Positions 38,630-49,011 of a stretch of DNA of 64,000 nt are shown in pieces (position 1 is the stretch's first letter; the number at the start of each line of letters is the position of its first letter). The notes below the pieces were generated by a model. The model did not search any database. It worked only from the letters and a program-made list of their open reading frames with translations, and was not told where the DNA came from. This DNA comes from a virus (taxonomy: Duplodnaviria > Heunggongvirae > Uroviricota > Caudoviricetes), in the IMG/VR virus record IMGVR_UViG_3300009678_000054, positions 35,854 through 99,853 of that record. One strand, 5' to 3'. The position numbers and the translations under genes are program-made.

Positions 38630-39133
38630 TTAAGTTGTAGGTATCGTTCTTGTTGTACCGTTCACCTGGATTCTCAAACCATTAGCAGCAAGTAAATCAG
38701 TTCTGAACCAGTAATCTCCATCATTCAAACCAGTAGGGTCAGCAATAACATTGCCTTTAAAATGTTCCAAAAATCCAATCATTTCATCAACTGCTGTAGC
38801 AAATTGCTGAAGTGTGTTGATAGTATATCCAAGTTCATCTTCCAGAATAGGAAAATTCCAGTTATTAGCCTTGATTTGACCAATATAATCATCAATAGTA
38901 TTAAGTATCAACTCAAGAGTTGAACCATTCTGCAGATCGAGATTGTCAAGCTCAGTTTGCTCGTTATTACTCTTATGATAAATAATACAAGTTGTATCAA
39001 GTTTTATCAAACATCCTGTATTAGTACATCCACAAGGTTTTGGGGCATGACAATGAGAACAAGAATGCGAATGCGAATGCGAATGTGAGCAATTGCAATT
39101 TATAAAAGAAGGTAATCCACAAATATGACACAT
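38630..39133 (-). CDS. small Cys/His-rich protein (167 aa), paralogous N-terminal module plus (Ser-His)n repeat
   Basis: MCHICGLPSFINCNCSHSHSHSHSCSHCH aligns to the N-terminus of the 576-aa protein. The SH repeat is encoded by the hexanucleotide repeat TCGCAT x3 plus degenerate copies at 39057-39090. Confidence 0.5.
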   Translation of the reverse strand: MCHICGLPSFINCNCSHSHSHSHSCSHCHAPKPCGCTNTGCLIKLDTTCIIYHKSNNEQTELDNLDLQNGSTLELILNTIDDYIGQIKANNWNFPILEDELGYTINTLQQFATAVDEMIGFLEHFKGNVIADPTGLNDGDYWFRTDLLAANGLRIQVNGTTRTIPTT

Positions 39134-39138
39134 AACTA

Positions 39139-40083
39139 TTAATTAAATTTTTCAAAAAATATTGAGGCAACTACCTGGTCCGTATCCGTAGTTCCTGCAA
39201 GCTGTAAAGTAATCGCTGCCGGAGCATTATCGCTTCTTAATGAAATAACATCACCTGCTGCAAGACTTAGTAAAACAAATCCATTATTTTGTTGCGTACC
39301 CGCTCCACTACCATATACACTTCCTAATTGCTTAGTATTACCTTTAAATACTGCAAAAGCATTAGCTTCTGCACCTGCTACTAACCAACTAATTTTATAT
39401 AAACCACCTGCATTAGCACCTATAGTTATATTTCCAGTACCAGATACAGTTGTAATGTCAGCAGTATTGTTAACAGCACTACTTTCAAATAATACTTTTG
39501 AATTATTTGAAGCAATTGTTCCTGTTACATCAATAACTGATTGCCAAAAATAAGCAAAACTATTTAAACCTGGGGAATTTACCGGACTAAGAACTTCTAA
39601 TGCGGCTTCAAGTTCCAAAATTCTTGTTTCATGGTCACACAATTTAGCAACAAATAATTGAAGTATGCTTTGTAATGTGTAAGTATTAGTAGCAACGGCA
39701 CAGGCTTCTGCATCCGGTGTTAAACACAACAGGTCAATAACCAATGTTTCAGCACCAATGTTTAAATCAGCAAGTTGGTCTTCTACAGCCGTAACTCTAC
39801 CTTCCAATAAACAGATTTTAGTAATCTCAAGTTGATGAAGACCTTTAGCATCAATGGTTAAAGGGTCAAAATCAAAACAGTCTTTATCAAGTTCAGTGAA
39901 ATTATTTCCATCAACTAATACCTTCAGATATTTGTCAATGTAAAAAATCACATCATTTATATTGGCATCACAAGGAAACAGTTCCAAGTCTTCTTCAGAC
40001 AGAAATGTTAAATCTTTCCCGGTGAAAGGAACGCAAGATGATGGTATAACATTACCGCAATTGTATTTTGAAATCTTAGGCAT
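39139..40083 (-). CDS. tail fibre-like protein (314 aa)
   Basis: Cys-containing N-terminus (YNCGNVIPSSCVPF), coiled segment, then a G/A/T-rich C-terminal beta domain (GTGNITIGANAGGLYKISWLVAGAEANAFAVF). Confidence 0.45.
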   Translation of the reverse strand: MPKISKYNCGNVIPSSCVPFTGKDLTFLSEEDLELFPCDANINDVIFYIDKYLKVLVDGNNFTELDKDCFDFDPLTIDAKGLHQLEITKICLLEGRVTAVEDQLADLNIGAETLVIDLLCLTPDAEACAVATNTYTLQSILQLFVAKLCDHETRILELEAALEVLSPVNSPGLNSFAYFWQSVIDVTGTIASNNSKVLFESSAVNNTADITTVSGTGNITIGANAGGLYKISWLVAGAEANAFAVFKGNTKQLGSVYGSGAGTQQNNGFVLLSLAAGDVISLRSDNAPAAITLQLAGTTDTDQVVASIFFEKFN

Positions 40084-40236
40084 TATTTATAAAGTATTTT
40101 GCATAACTTTCTTTCTGCAGCACGGTCCTTATCGAACTTTGCACGATAAAACTTAACAGGTGATAAATTGAACTTTAGATCATAAAGAAATTCACCTCTC
40201 AAGCTTTCCGCATAAATCAAAATTGTTTCAATAAAC

Positions 40237-40554
40237 TTAGGCATTCTGCAATCCAGTTATAAAAGTTACCAATTTTTTAATTTCGTTATCCAGTAATTGT
40301 TTATAAGAACATTTCTTATTCACGTTAATTGACGTAAGAACAATACCTATATATTTATTAATAGTACCAGCTTTGATATTATATCTTACGTAAAATCCAT
40401 TATCCTTAAACCATTTCAATTTAGTAAGCCAAACATCCAAAATCTCATTTGTATATTCGCACGGACCTTCTTGCTGTTGAACACGGGAACTTTTGTTAAC
40501 AAGATTTACAGAATTTGATGATACTGATTTTGAACCACATGAACTGCATCCCAT
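40237..40554 (-). CDS. hypothetical protein (105 aa)
   Basis: ORF. Starts with the Cys-rich motif MGCSSCGSK. Start overlaps the stop of the upstream gene. Confidence 0.4.
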   Translation of the reverse strand: MGCSSCGSKSVSSNSVNLVNKSSRVQQQEGPCEYTNEILDVWLTKLKWFKDNGFYVRYNIKAGTINKYIGIVLTSINVNKKCSYKQLLDNEIKKLVTFITGLQNA

Positions 40555-41102
40555 TAGTTACAGTTTTTACAAAATTTATCTAATAATTTTTGAGTTAATC
40601 TGTCTGCTAATTGATAATATGCTTGCGCCTTTTTCGCATTAACATTTACCACCGCTCTCGCACCTTCAATTAATGAATAAATTTTGAAAAGGTCTTTCTC
40701 AATATTCTTATCTTCTTTTGTATCACAATCAGCAAGATCGAGCTTATCATGAACCATTGCCAACTTTTCATTAAGCAATGCAGTTCTCATGTGCTTTTTA
40801 CAAGTAAATACCTTATCATAAGGACATATCTTGTATCTGAATTCCCAAGTTCCATCCGGTAAATTAACTAGGAAATCTTGTTTTAAAACAGCAGTTAATC
40901 CAAGCGTATTAGAATTAAAAGTATTTACCTTACTAGCTTCTATATTCACCAGGAAATATTTGTCATAGCCGGGCATAACAACCTCAAGAAGCGGTCTTTC
41001 TGGTTGTTCCATATATTGAGACTCATCCAGAAATACCAGCGTTTTTGTGTTGCCTGTATCCAGTATATCGAAACCAAGTACGTGTCTATGTATTCCAGCC
41101 AT
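40554..41102 (-). CDS. hypothetical protein (182 aa), C-terminal CxxC
   Basis: ORF. Ends with KFCKNCN. Confidence 0.45.
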   Translation of the reverse strand: MAGIHRHVLGFDILDTGNTKTLVFLDESQYMEQPERPLLEVVMPGYDKYFLVNIEASKVNTFNSNTLGLTAVLKQDFLVNLPDGTWEFRYKICPYDKVFTCKKHMRTALLNEKLAMVHDKLDLADCDTKEDKNIEKDLFKIYSLIEGARAVVNVNAKKAQAYYQLADRLTQKLLDKFCKNCN

Positions 41103-41173
41103 TGTTTTACAATTTGCTTATCAGTTGAGAAGAAGCTATGCTGATTCTCCTGATAAGTTTCTGCTTTAATATT

Positions 41174-42037
41174 TTATTGCAATACTACCATTGCGTTGAA
41201 CGTTGTAGGATTAGGACCAGATAAATAAACATTGTTAAATGTATATACACCTGGGCCTATAAAAGCTTGATTAATAACAAGAGCATTACTATCTGTAACC
41301 GTTACTAACGTAGCTGTAAAAGTAGTTCCAGAAATAAACACTTTAACCGTTTTAAAACCTTGCGAACCATCATCAGTACGAAAATCACCAAATTGACCAG
41401 TAGTTAACGGAAATATATCAAAAACATTATGAGTTAACACTACATCATTTACAGTTACACTATCAATTGTTCCATTACCTACATTGCTATTTGAAATACG
41501 GAAAAAGTTAAAACAGGTATCTTCGCTTGCACCAGTTACAACACCATTTTCAAGTGTCCAATTAACACCTGTTGCATCTTCTCTAAAAATAGTAAAAGTA
41601 ACAGGTGTAAGTTGATAATTTTGATAGAATATAGTACCGATCTGTATTTCTTCAGTACTAATAATATATGTTGAACTTAGGCCAACACACATAAGCTCTG
41701 CTGTATTACCACCAAAACCTTGTACTTGAGCAAAGCAGCATGTTTTATTAAGTTTTTGTTCCAACAACGCTTTAGCACGTTCCAAAGATTCTTTCCATTT
41801 GCGTTCATCAATACCGTTTAACAAAGAAGTAATTTGAATCAAAAAGAAATCTTGTGTTATTCCAAGTGTAACTTCTTCAGCGGGTGGACAACAAGGGTCG
41901 TGTAACGCAGTTCCTATCAACTTAGCAGCTTTATCTATAATTTGTAAACTTCTACCAAGCTTGCTCGTTTTGGAAAAACGCTTGAGATAAGCAATAACCA
42001 ATCTCTCAACAGGATGCGTATATATAACTCTCGACAT
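41174..42037 (-). CDS. modular structural protein (287 aa), paralogue of 42040..42633
   Basis: The N-terminal ~100 aa align to the adjacent gene (MSRxxxxHPVExLV..FLKxFxK..S..IxxIIxKAxxxIxxxLxxPCCxPxEEVxLG....FLIQ..SLLN.ID..KWKESL.RA). The C-terminal halves are unrelated. Confidence 0.5.
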   Translation of the reverse strand: MSRVIYTHPVERLVIAYLKRFSKTSKLGRSLQIIDKAAKLIGTALHDPCCPPAEEVTLGITQDFFLIQITSLLNGIDERKWKESLERAKALLEQKLNKTCCFAQVQGFGGNTAELMCVGLSSTYIISTEEIQIGTIFYQNYQLTPVTFTIFREDATGVNWTLENGVVTGASEDTCFNFFRISNSNVGNGTIDSVTVNDVVLTHNVFDIFPLTTGQFGDFRTDDGSQGFKTVKVFISGTTFTATLVTVTDSNALVINQAFIGPGVYTFNNVYLSGPNPTTFNAMVVLQ

Positions 42038-42039
42038 TA

Positions 42040-42633
42040 TTAATTATTATACATAGTTATAATATAACCACCTGGACAGTCAAAACCTTCACTTGTCATC
42101 AACGTTATATTAACACCGATATTTGTCCACTCACCTATATATTGAAAATGTTCATTTAAAAATATAATAAGAGCATCTATTACTTCTTGAAGCGTCCAGG
42201 GTGTATCTACACTAAATATTTGAGCTAAACTATCAGGTATTGCTTCGCCACAAAAATTAAGATGTACTCCTACACCTGTATTGTTTTGTGTACCATCAAC
42301 AAACGTAACTGGCACTGGAATAGTATTACAACAAATATGAAATATAATAGTTTCCAGATTGTTATTAGCTCTGGTTAATGATTCTTTCCATTTACTAGCA
42401 TCAATCTTGTTTAAAAGTGATCTTAATTGTATAAGAAAAGCATTTTCAATACGTCCTAAAACCACTTCTTCACCAGGAATACAACAAGGTTGATTTAACA
42501 CTAAGTTTATCATCCTAGATGCCTTCTCGATTATCTGTTTTATATTTCTTGAAACACTTTTTCCTTTATTAAAGTTTTTCAAGAAATTATCTACAAGTAT
42601 CTCAACAGGATGTTTATGAAGTTTTCTCGACAT
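42040..42633 (-). CDS. modular structural protein (197 aa), paralogue of 41174..42037
   Basis: See the paralogue above. Only 3 nt separate the two genes. Confidence 0.5.
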   Translation of the reverse strand: MSRKLHKHPVEILVDNFLKNFNKGKSVSRNIKQIIEKASRMINLVLNQPCCIPGEEVVLGRIENAFLIQLRSLLNKIDASKWKESLTRANNNLETIIFHICCNTIPVPVTFVDGTQNNTGVGVHLNFCGEAIPDSLAQIFSVDTPWTLQEVIDALIIFLNEHFQYIGEWTNIGVNITLMTSEGFDCPGGYIITMYNN

Positions 42634-42667
42634 ACTAATTCTCCTGCTTTATTAACCATGTTGAAGT

Positions 42668-43381
42668 TTATCCAATTTTTTTAACAATCAAACGCTGTGC
42701 ATTCGCAGCAGTTAAATTACCATCAGATTGTGTAATAGTAAGTGCTGTTGCATTACCTACGGAATTAATTACAGCGAGTACTGAATTAGGTGCTGATGTA
42801 GTAATAATAGTAGTACCAACAAGAAGATGTCCACCGGATGTTGGATTAGCATCTACAACTACTGATTCAGGAATATCTACACCGTTTACTTCAAGCTGAA
42901 GTTGACCTTGTTCTGTTGTATGAACATTAAAAGTAACTTCATAAGTTCCAATTTCAACAAGAATAACATTATCAAAGTTATTGGCAGGAGTACTTGATGG
43001 GTTAGCTGGACCTAGTATTATACCACCTGTTGACGGACCTGTTCTTGGAAAAGGAACTCTACCAGTAGCAGCAGCGGTTTTAACAGGTACAGTAGAAGGA
43101 TAATCATCTGTACCACCGTTTCCAGTTCCAGCAGTTAATCCATAAAACATACTACCACCACCCGCACCAGCGGCTACGGAAAGGGGATTATCTGTCGTTC
43201 CATCTCCTGTTAAAGAATCATCTGTAATGATACCTAACATTCCTGGTGAAAGACAAGCGGCAACGTCTTCGCAAAAAGTATCACAACATGAATCCAACCA
43301 ACTAAAAAGTTTTGAACCCATTCTTCTACCGAATAATCCGGTAAAAATATCTTTTTTAGCACTATTTTTTGACTGCGGCAT
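42668..43381 (-). CDS. Gly-rich structural protein (237 aa), fibre/whisker-like
   Basis: G/T/A-rich segments (GDGTTDNPLSVAAGAGGGSMFYGLTAGTGNGGTDD). Confidence 0.45.
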   Translation of the reverse strand: MPQSKNSAKKDIFTGLFGRRMGSKLFSWLDSCCDTFCEDVAACLSPGMLGIITDDSLTGDGTTDNPLSVAAGAGGGSMFYGLTAGTGNGGTDDYPSTVPVKTAAATGRVPFPRTGPSTGGIILGPANPSSTPANNFDNVILVEIGTYEVTFNVHTTEQGQLQLEVNGVDIPESVVVDANPTSGGHLLVGTTIITTSAPNSVLAVINSVGNATALTITQSDGNLTAANAQRLIVKKIG

Positions 43382-43493
43382 ATTATATTTTTAATATTTT
43401 TTAATATTTATAAAAAAATGGCAACGCAGGTCCACATAGTAGTACACTGTGTCCACGTTGCCATTAAGTATGATTATAAAGATGCTTTTCGGC

Positions 43494-45710
43494 TTAAAGC
43501 ACTACAGGCTCGAAATCACCACCCAGGATAGATTGCAAGTATGAATTCACTGCTGTTTCGAATTCCTTACCAGTACCTTCAGGGAAGTAGAATTCCACAC
43601 GGTAACTATCAGTGTTCTTCTCAGAGAACCATGATTGATGATAATCAAATTCAAATGCCAGCGTGTATTGATCGTAAAACTTCGCCGGGTCAGCCTGAAG
43701 AACTGCATCCTGATACTGACGTACAATTGGATTTTCGCAGTCACGGAACTTACGCTCGTAACCTTTAAAGAAAGCTTCTTCTTCACGTACACGGCTACCT
43801 ACACCGATTGGCAGTTTCAAACCCTGGATTTCAGTAACAGGCCATTCGCTTGCGCAAATTGTAGGCTTGTCATTGTAGTCCTGGCTATGCTGAGAGATTT
43901 CGATAATCAAAGGCTCAGCGTCATAACGCCAATGGTCAAATGCACACTCGTCAACAATCAAATCAATGTAAGTTGATTCAAGTTGAACACCCCATGCAGT
44001 ACCAGCACCAGGAACAGCGGGTGCTTCTACCCATTTGATACCTTCGAAAGCGTTAGGTGCAACCCATGTAGCAACACCTGGGTCGCAACCAGCAGGTACG
44101 CACTGAGATTCAACAACTGTTTGATATTGACGAACGCAATCTTCTTCACCTACTTCAGTAATTACCAAACTTGGAAAAGCTTCCTGAAGATCAAGCAAAC
44201 GGCTTTCACCGCAGATGTCATCTTTCAGGGTTATTGTGAAAACTTTATCAAACTTATCAAGTACATCCCCCACAGCCCATGCTGTTGAAGTAGGAGTAGT
44301 GATAATACATGACTGACGCAAGTTACCATTAACCAGTTCAACAACTTCAGAAGGTGCAACACCCGGAGTTGGAGTAGTTACAGTAGCAGTACCATCAGTA
44401 ATGTTATCTACTACAATTAACAGAGGTACATCTTGAGCAGCGTACTGACCAGCAAAAGTGATCGTTACAGGCACAGCAGGAAGTGGACCACCAGCGACAA
44501 TTACATCTCCTGGATTAATGTTGCTCAATGCTTCCAATGCGTTACGTACTTGTGTAGCGGTTGCATTGTAAGGAATTGCAGCAGTAGTTTGACCGAGGAA
44601 GGTGAATGTGAAGTCACCAGCAGTACCACCTGTTGCAACAACGCTTTGAACTTCATTTGTAGAAGTTATAGCGGTAAGTGCAGTAGCAGACAGTACAATG
44701 TATGTAGAGTATCCGAAGTTGTACGAAACACGTACAATACTTTCAGGACCTACGATTCCGTATTCAGTTGCAACGGCTGCAGTAGCAGCGGCATCACCAG
44801 CATCAGCTTTAACAATTGTGTAAGCAAAGTTATTACCTACAGCAGTGAAACCAGCCGGACATTCTGGACAATCAGAAATGATTGTGTAACCAGCGTTGGT
44901 AAAGTTTGCAGGTGCAGCATCAGCACTATCCTGAATCAATTCATAGATAGATGTAGATTCAAAACGACTCTTACGAGTAACAAGTGAACCAGGATACTGA
45001 GATTGTACAAGGCCAATAGCTGTATCATCACCAGCATCGCAAACAGTAAGTAAATACTGTTGGCAGTTTCCATCAGGAGTAGGAGCAACGGTATTAGAGA
45101 TCACAGACGCTTTTATCAAGGTCTGACTTTTACGATTACCCAGGTTAAGGATAGGGTCGTTATTAATTTGACGAGCTAAATCATTCGCCATGTTTTCAGC
45201 ACTTACGTCAGCACAGTTGTCACCGCAGTCATCACAACAACCAGAGAAAATACTGTACATACGTACATAACCTCTGCCTTCAGTGTGCCAAATTTGGTCA
45301 ACTGGACCACCAGAGAGTTTCAAGAAAACAGTCTTGCTTTCTTCGCATCTCGCACTGATTGTCTTTGTGGTATCAACACCATCGTAACCGATAGTGATAA
45401 CCTGATTTTGTCCACGTTCAGCCGCACGGCCAATGAAACTCAAAATCTTCTTTCCTTTAACAGGTTTGCTACGCTTAAAATCGTTAGCGATAGCTCCTAA
45501 CAAATTAGTAGGAACTTCCGGTGTACCCTGAATGAACTGGATAACACGGTTTGCGGGATAAGATGGAACAGCAATAGCTGTTTGATCTTTATTAGGGTCA
45601 GCTTCGAAGATACCAAGCTGCTGATTAGCGATTTGGTCAGCGAATCCAGACTTAAAGAGAGCGGGGTTGTTTACAACAAAAACGTCTCTAAATGATTGGT
45701 GATTAGCCAT
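43494..45710 (-). CDS. large structural protein (738 aa): tail tubular/nozzle or second capsid-associated protein candidate
   Basis: Position downstream of the capsid genes. Beta-rich with repetitive T/A/G content. No enzymatic motif. Confidence 0.45.
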   Translation of the reverse strand: MANHQSFRDVFVVNNPALFKSGFADQIANQQLGIFEADPNKDQTAIAVPSYPANRVIQFIQGTPEVPTNLLGAIANDFKRSKPVKGKKILSFIGRAAERGQNQVITIGYDGVDTTKTISARCEESKTVFLKLSGGPVDQIWHTEGRGYVRMYSIFSGCCDDCGDNCADVSAENMANDLARQINNDPILNLGNRKSQTLIKASVISNTVAPTPDGNCQQYLLTVCDAGDDTAIGLVQSQYPGSLVTRKSRFESTSIYELIQDSADAAPANFTNAGYTIISDCPECPAGFTAVGNNFAYTIVKADAGDAAATAAVATEYGIVGPESIVRVSYNFGYSTYIVLSATALTAITSTNEVQSVVATGGTAGDFTFTFLGQTTAAIPYNATATQVRNALEALSNINPGDVIVAGGPLPAVPVTITFAGQYAAQDVPLLIVVDNITDGTATVTTPTPGVAPSEVVELVNGNLRQSCIITTPTSTAWAVGDVLDKFDKVFTITLKDDICGESRLLDLQEAFPSLVITEVGEEDCVRQYQTVVESQCVPAGCDPGVATWVAPNAFEGIKWVEAPAVPGAGTAWGVQLESTYIDLIVDECAFDHWRYDAEPLIIEISQHSQDYNDKPTICASEWPVTEIQGLKLPIGVGSRVREEEAFFKGYERKFRDCENPIVRQYQDAVLQADPAKFYDQYTLAFEFDYHQSWFSEKNTDSYRVEFYFPEGTGKEFETAVNSYLQSILGGDFEPVVL

Positions 45711-45731
45711 TGTTTCTTAGTTTAATGTTTA

Positions 45732-46403
45732 TTATGGTTCAGTAGAAATTCTTTCGTTTGCTATTTGATGCTTTTCAATATCTCCGATCTTACCGGATAC
45801 TCTTTTCACAACACGTTCAATAACCGAATCAATTTGTTCATCTGTCAAATCAGTATCTAAATCGGTAGATTCAGAACCGTCAATTTTTATGTAACCAGAA
45901 ATATCAATCGGCTTTGGTTCACGATAAAAAGAAAGATAAGCTTTCTTTATTGTGAAATCTTTGAAGTAAACACGTAATTTCTTTTTAGTGATAACATACG
46001 GTGTTTCTTCATAATCAAACTGCGGTGCGCTAAAATCATCAGCTAACGTAGTTTGGAAACCCAGGGCTTTCTTTTCAAAATTGAAAATCTTCTTACCCTT
46101 ACAATTATCTTTATCAGCAATGCTGAATGAACTTGATTGACGGAAAAAGTTAGACGGAATTTCGAATTCTACAGAATCTTCATACGTCTTTATCTTTTTA
46201 AGAAGCATATCAATTTCCAACAGATTGTCGATAGTTGTAAGCTTCCAGTTGTCAGAATCATCATTAAAAAATTCAGACAACCAGCGAAGTCGTTCAGTAT
46301 TGAACAACAGAACAAAATGACTGACTAAGATGTTCGCACCTTCGTTCGAATCATTTTTATTCATTTCCAGCAGGAATCTCTTATAAATTTCTTTTGATGT
46401 CAT
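45732..46403 (-). CDS. hypothetical structural protein (223 aa)
   Basis: ORF in the head-tail module. Start abuts the upstream stop. Confidence 0.45.
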   Translation of the reverse strand: MTSKEIYKRFLLEMNKNDSNEGANILVSHFVLLFNTERLRWLSEFFNDDSDNWKLTTIDNLLEIDMLLKKIKTYEDSVEFEIPSNFFRQSSSFSIADKDNCKGKKIFNFEKKALGFQTTLADDFSAPQFDYEETPYVITKKKLRVYFKDFTIKKAYLSFYREPKPIDISGYIKIDGSESTDLDTDLTDEQIDSVIERVVKRVSGKIGDIEKHQIANERISTEP

Positions 46404-47272
46404 TATAATTTATCAACCTCTTTTTTCAAAGAGACCAATTCTGCTGAATTCTCAGGGGACATCAAGTATTCCAACGCTTCTTCGTAGTTGTTACCCAGGA
46501 TAATGTCGCCTCTGCGGTATATGTTACCCTTGCTTGTTACAATGCGCTTTTTTATAGCTTTGTCCAGAGTTAACTTTGTATTCAATTCTTCTGGCTTCAG
46601 GTCCAAAGCTGCTATAACTTTCTCAATGTTCTGAGTCAAAGCATTCTTTTCAGTAACGTCAAGAAGTTCTTTTATCTTAACATAAGCCTGAGAAGGCGAT
46701 ACTTCGTTTTTCGCATCATATCCAAACAGATAAGAGTAAATCTTTATCAGTCTGTCAGGATTGCTCTCGTTTATTGTAAACAATTTGGCAACAGCCTTGT
46801 CTTTCTTCTGAGAACTCTTTGCTGTCTTGCTCACTTCTTCTTGTTCACGAAAGAAGAAAAATAAACAATTCGCAAAGTCTTCGTTTTCTTCGATAGTTTC
46901 CTGATCGGGAGCTACCTTATGATTTGCAATCAAAAACGTTTCAATCAATTGGTGCATTGGATTAGTCGGGTCTAAAACAACACCGTCTTCAATCACTATA
47001 TAAAAATCATTCCAGTACTCAGAATTAATATCTAACTCACGTCCGAGCAAACGCTCAAGGTCTTCACGCTTCTTTTTAATAGAGTCCTGAATTCTCTTTC
47101 TCTCTTTCGAATCTTCAATTCGAATAATGTGCAAAGCGTTTTCATCTAATCCGGTAATCAATTTACCATCAGGTCCTACACCTGGTTGGATGTAGTCTTT
47201 TGCACCCACATACTTCAATGCAAGCAGTGGATTTTCAGGATTAGGAACGGCTTTAATAATAACCTTTTCCAT
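46403..47272 (-). CDS. hypothetical structural protein (289 aa), head-completion or adaptor candidate
   Basis: Position immediately after the major capsid gene. Confidence 0.45.
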   Translation of the reverse strand: MEKVIIKAVPNPENPLLALKYVGAKDYIQPGVGPDGKLITGLDENALHIIRIEDSKERKRIQDSIKKKREDLERLLGRELDINSEYWNDFYIVIEDGVVLDPTNPMHQLIETFLIANHKVAPDQETIEENEDFANCLFFFFREQEEVSKTAKSSQKKDKAVAKLFTINESNPDRLIKIYSYLFGYDAKNEVSPSQAYVKIKELLDVTEKNALTQNIEKVIAALDLKPEELNTKLTLDKAIKKRIVTSKGNIYRRGDIILGNNYEEALEYLMSPENSAELVSLKKEVDKL

Positions 47273-47340
47273 TTGTTGTTTTTTGTTGGTTTAATATAAA
47301 AAGTTGGCGGCTACAACCGCCAACGTATGAAAAGTTATTC

Positions 47341-48981
47341 TTATTCTGCTTCGATCAACAGGGTACGAGATGGGTCTCTTACCCAAACGTTACCGAAGTT
47401 GTATGCAAAGATACCGTAACCGTTTCTTCCAGGAAGATGACCAGTGCTACCCTTTGTACGATTCAATCCATAAGGATTGACAGTACCAGCGTAGTAACCC
47501 CAATAGTCTTCAGATGCAGCTTGTGGTTTCACCAGATAAACGTTGCTGTCCTTATTCAGGTCAGTAAGGTTACGCACATCAGCTTCTTTGAACTTCTGAG
47601 CAGCGTTTGTTGAACGGCTGTCAGTTACATCAATAATCATAGCTGAGAAGCTGTAGTCAGGGAATTCACCATACAGACCATCAGTGTTACGAAGTCCGTA
47701 TTCGTTGTCCAAAGCAGCACTGTAACGGAAGTTAACAAGACCTGCATTCGGGAATCTCAACGAAGTGAAACGATAACCGAATCTCAAGTTCATTGGGTCT
47801 TTACCACTCACAATACCAAGCTGGTCAGAGTTAATAATACCAATGTTCTTAGATGTAGCTTTCAATTCAATCAACTTGCTGATTTCATTCAAGAAACCGC
47901 TACCGCAGTCAATTGTAGTTTCACGATCTTCAACCGGAATACCAGTACCACGGTACAAGTTAGCGATAGAAGCGTCGATCAAATCAAGATTCAAACGTCC
48001 TTTAGTGTAAGGAATTCTGTTACCAGAACGAAGTTGCTCGTAAAGACCGAGACCAAGCTTTATTTTCTTACGACCGGATACGCTTACTTCACCACCTTTA
48101 CCCCACATGAATGATAATTCCTGCATGTTGAACAGTTCAGAAAGAACCGCACCATCAATCGCAGGTAACCATGCACCAGAGCCAGGTACATTTTTCTTAC
48201 CGATTTTATTGTAGAACATTAAAACTGAATCAGCTTTTGACAAATCATAAGAACGATTAATACGATCTTTCAATTTGTCCTGTGCAGCCATTGACAACAC
48301 AGCACCGTGCATTGTAACCCAGTGTTCTACTTTACGCTCACCTGAACCCAGGTTAGCTTCAAGGTCCATCCATCCAAGACGCATGTTGCTGATAGAAGAA
48401 CCCTGTGTAGAGTATTCGTCAATAGCATGGTCAATCTTGATGTACTGAGAACCTGGTTTCAAATACTTCTTAGGATAAGAAGTATGCTTCTTATTTTGAG
48501 AAGCTATTTCCACAGTGTGTACCCAACCATCCTGCTCGTAGTAAACTTCTTCCTCAGAAACTACCAGGGAAGGAGCATTACGAAGATCAGTAGTTATTAC
48601 ATCACCGTTGGTATAAGCTTCAGACAGCTTAATTTTGAATCTTGCACCAGCACGTCCCGGTTGTTCCAGGGTGTTAGTGTAGAAAGTATCAACAATGTAC
48701 GGAAGACCACGTTTGAACGGCTGACTGAAACGGAATTTACCTTCCAGGTTGTTCAAATACATTGTAGATTTCTTTACATTCAACATGTCCAAAATAGGTG
48801 TGTTAACCAAACCATACTGGTTGAAAGGAGTAACAAGACCTAAGTGGTCAATGAATGCGTTTTGACCCAATGCGTTGTACAAGTGATTTGAGTCAGTGAA
48901 CTGTCCCCAGTCCATCTTATGACGTGCAATTACTGTGTAACCTTGATGGCCAGCAACACTTGGGAGAGCGAAAGTTGACAT
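47341..48981 (-). CDS. major capsid protein candidate (546 aa)
   Basis: Gene order terminase-portal-scaffold-this ORF. Size and composition fit an HK97-fold MCP. Confidence 0.5.
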   Translation of the reverse strand: MSTFALPSVAGHQGYTVIARHKMDWGQFTDSNHLYNALGQNAFIDHLGLVTPFNQYGLVNTPILDMLNVKKSTMYLNNLEGKFRFSQPFKRGLPYIVDTFYTNTLEQPGRAGARFKIKLSEAYTNGDVITTDLRNAPSLVVSEEEVYYEQDGWVHTVEIASQNKKHTSYPKKYLKPGSQYIKIDHAIDEYSTQGSSISNMRLGWMDLEANLGSGERKVEHWVTMHGAVLSMAAQDKLKDRINRSYDLSKADSVLMFYNKIGKKNVPGSGAWLPAIDGAVLSELFNMQELSFMWGKGGEVSVSGRKKIKLGLGLYEQLRSGNRIPYTKGRLNLDLIDASIANLYRGTGIPVEDRETTIDCGSGFLNEISKLIELKATSKNIGIINSDQLGIVSGKDPMNLRFGYRFTSLRFPNAGLVNFRYSAALDNEYGLRNTDGLYGEFPDYSFSAMIIDVTDSRSTNAAQKFKEADVRNLTDLNKDSNVYLVKPQAASEDYWGYYAGTVNPYGLNRTKGSTGHLPGRNGYGIFAYNFGNVWVRDPSRTLLIEAE

Positions 48982-49011
48982 AGCGTTTCTGCTTTTAAGT
49001 AGTTATTATTT

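Noticed and set aside
36886-45710. Diversity-generating retroelement (DGR) targeting the fibre genes
   Set aside because: No reverse-transcriptase ORF (no YxDD motif protein) anywhere in the window. No near-identical template/variable repeat pair was seen. The paralogous N-terminal modules are only about 45% identical at protein level, and a DGR needs a near-identical template/variable repeat pair.
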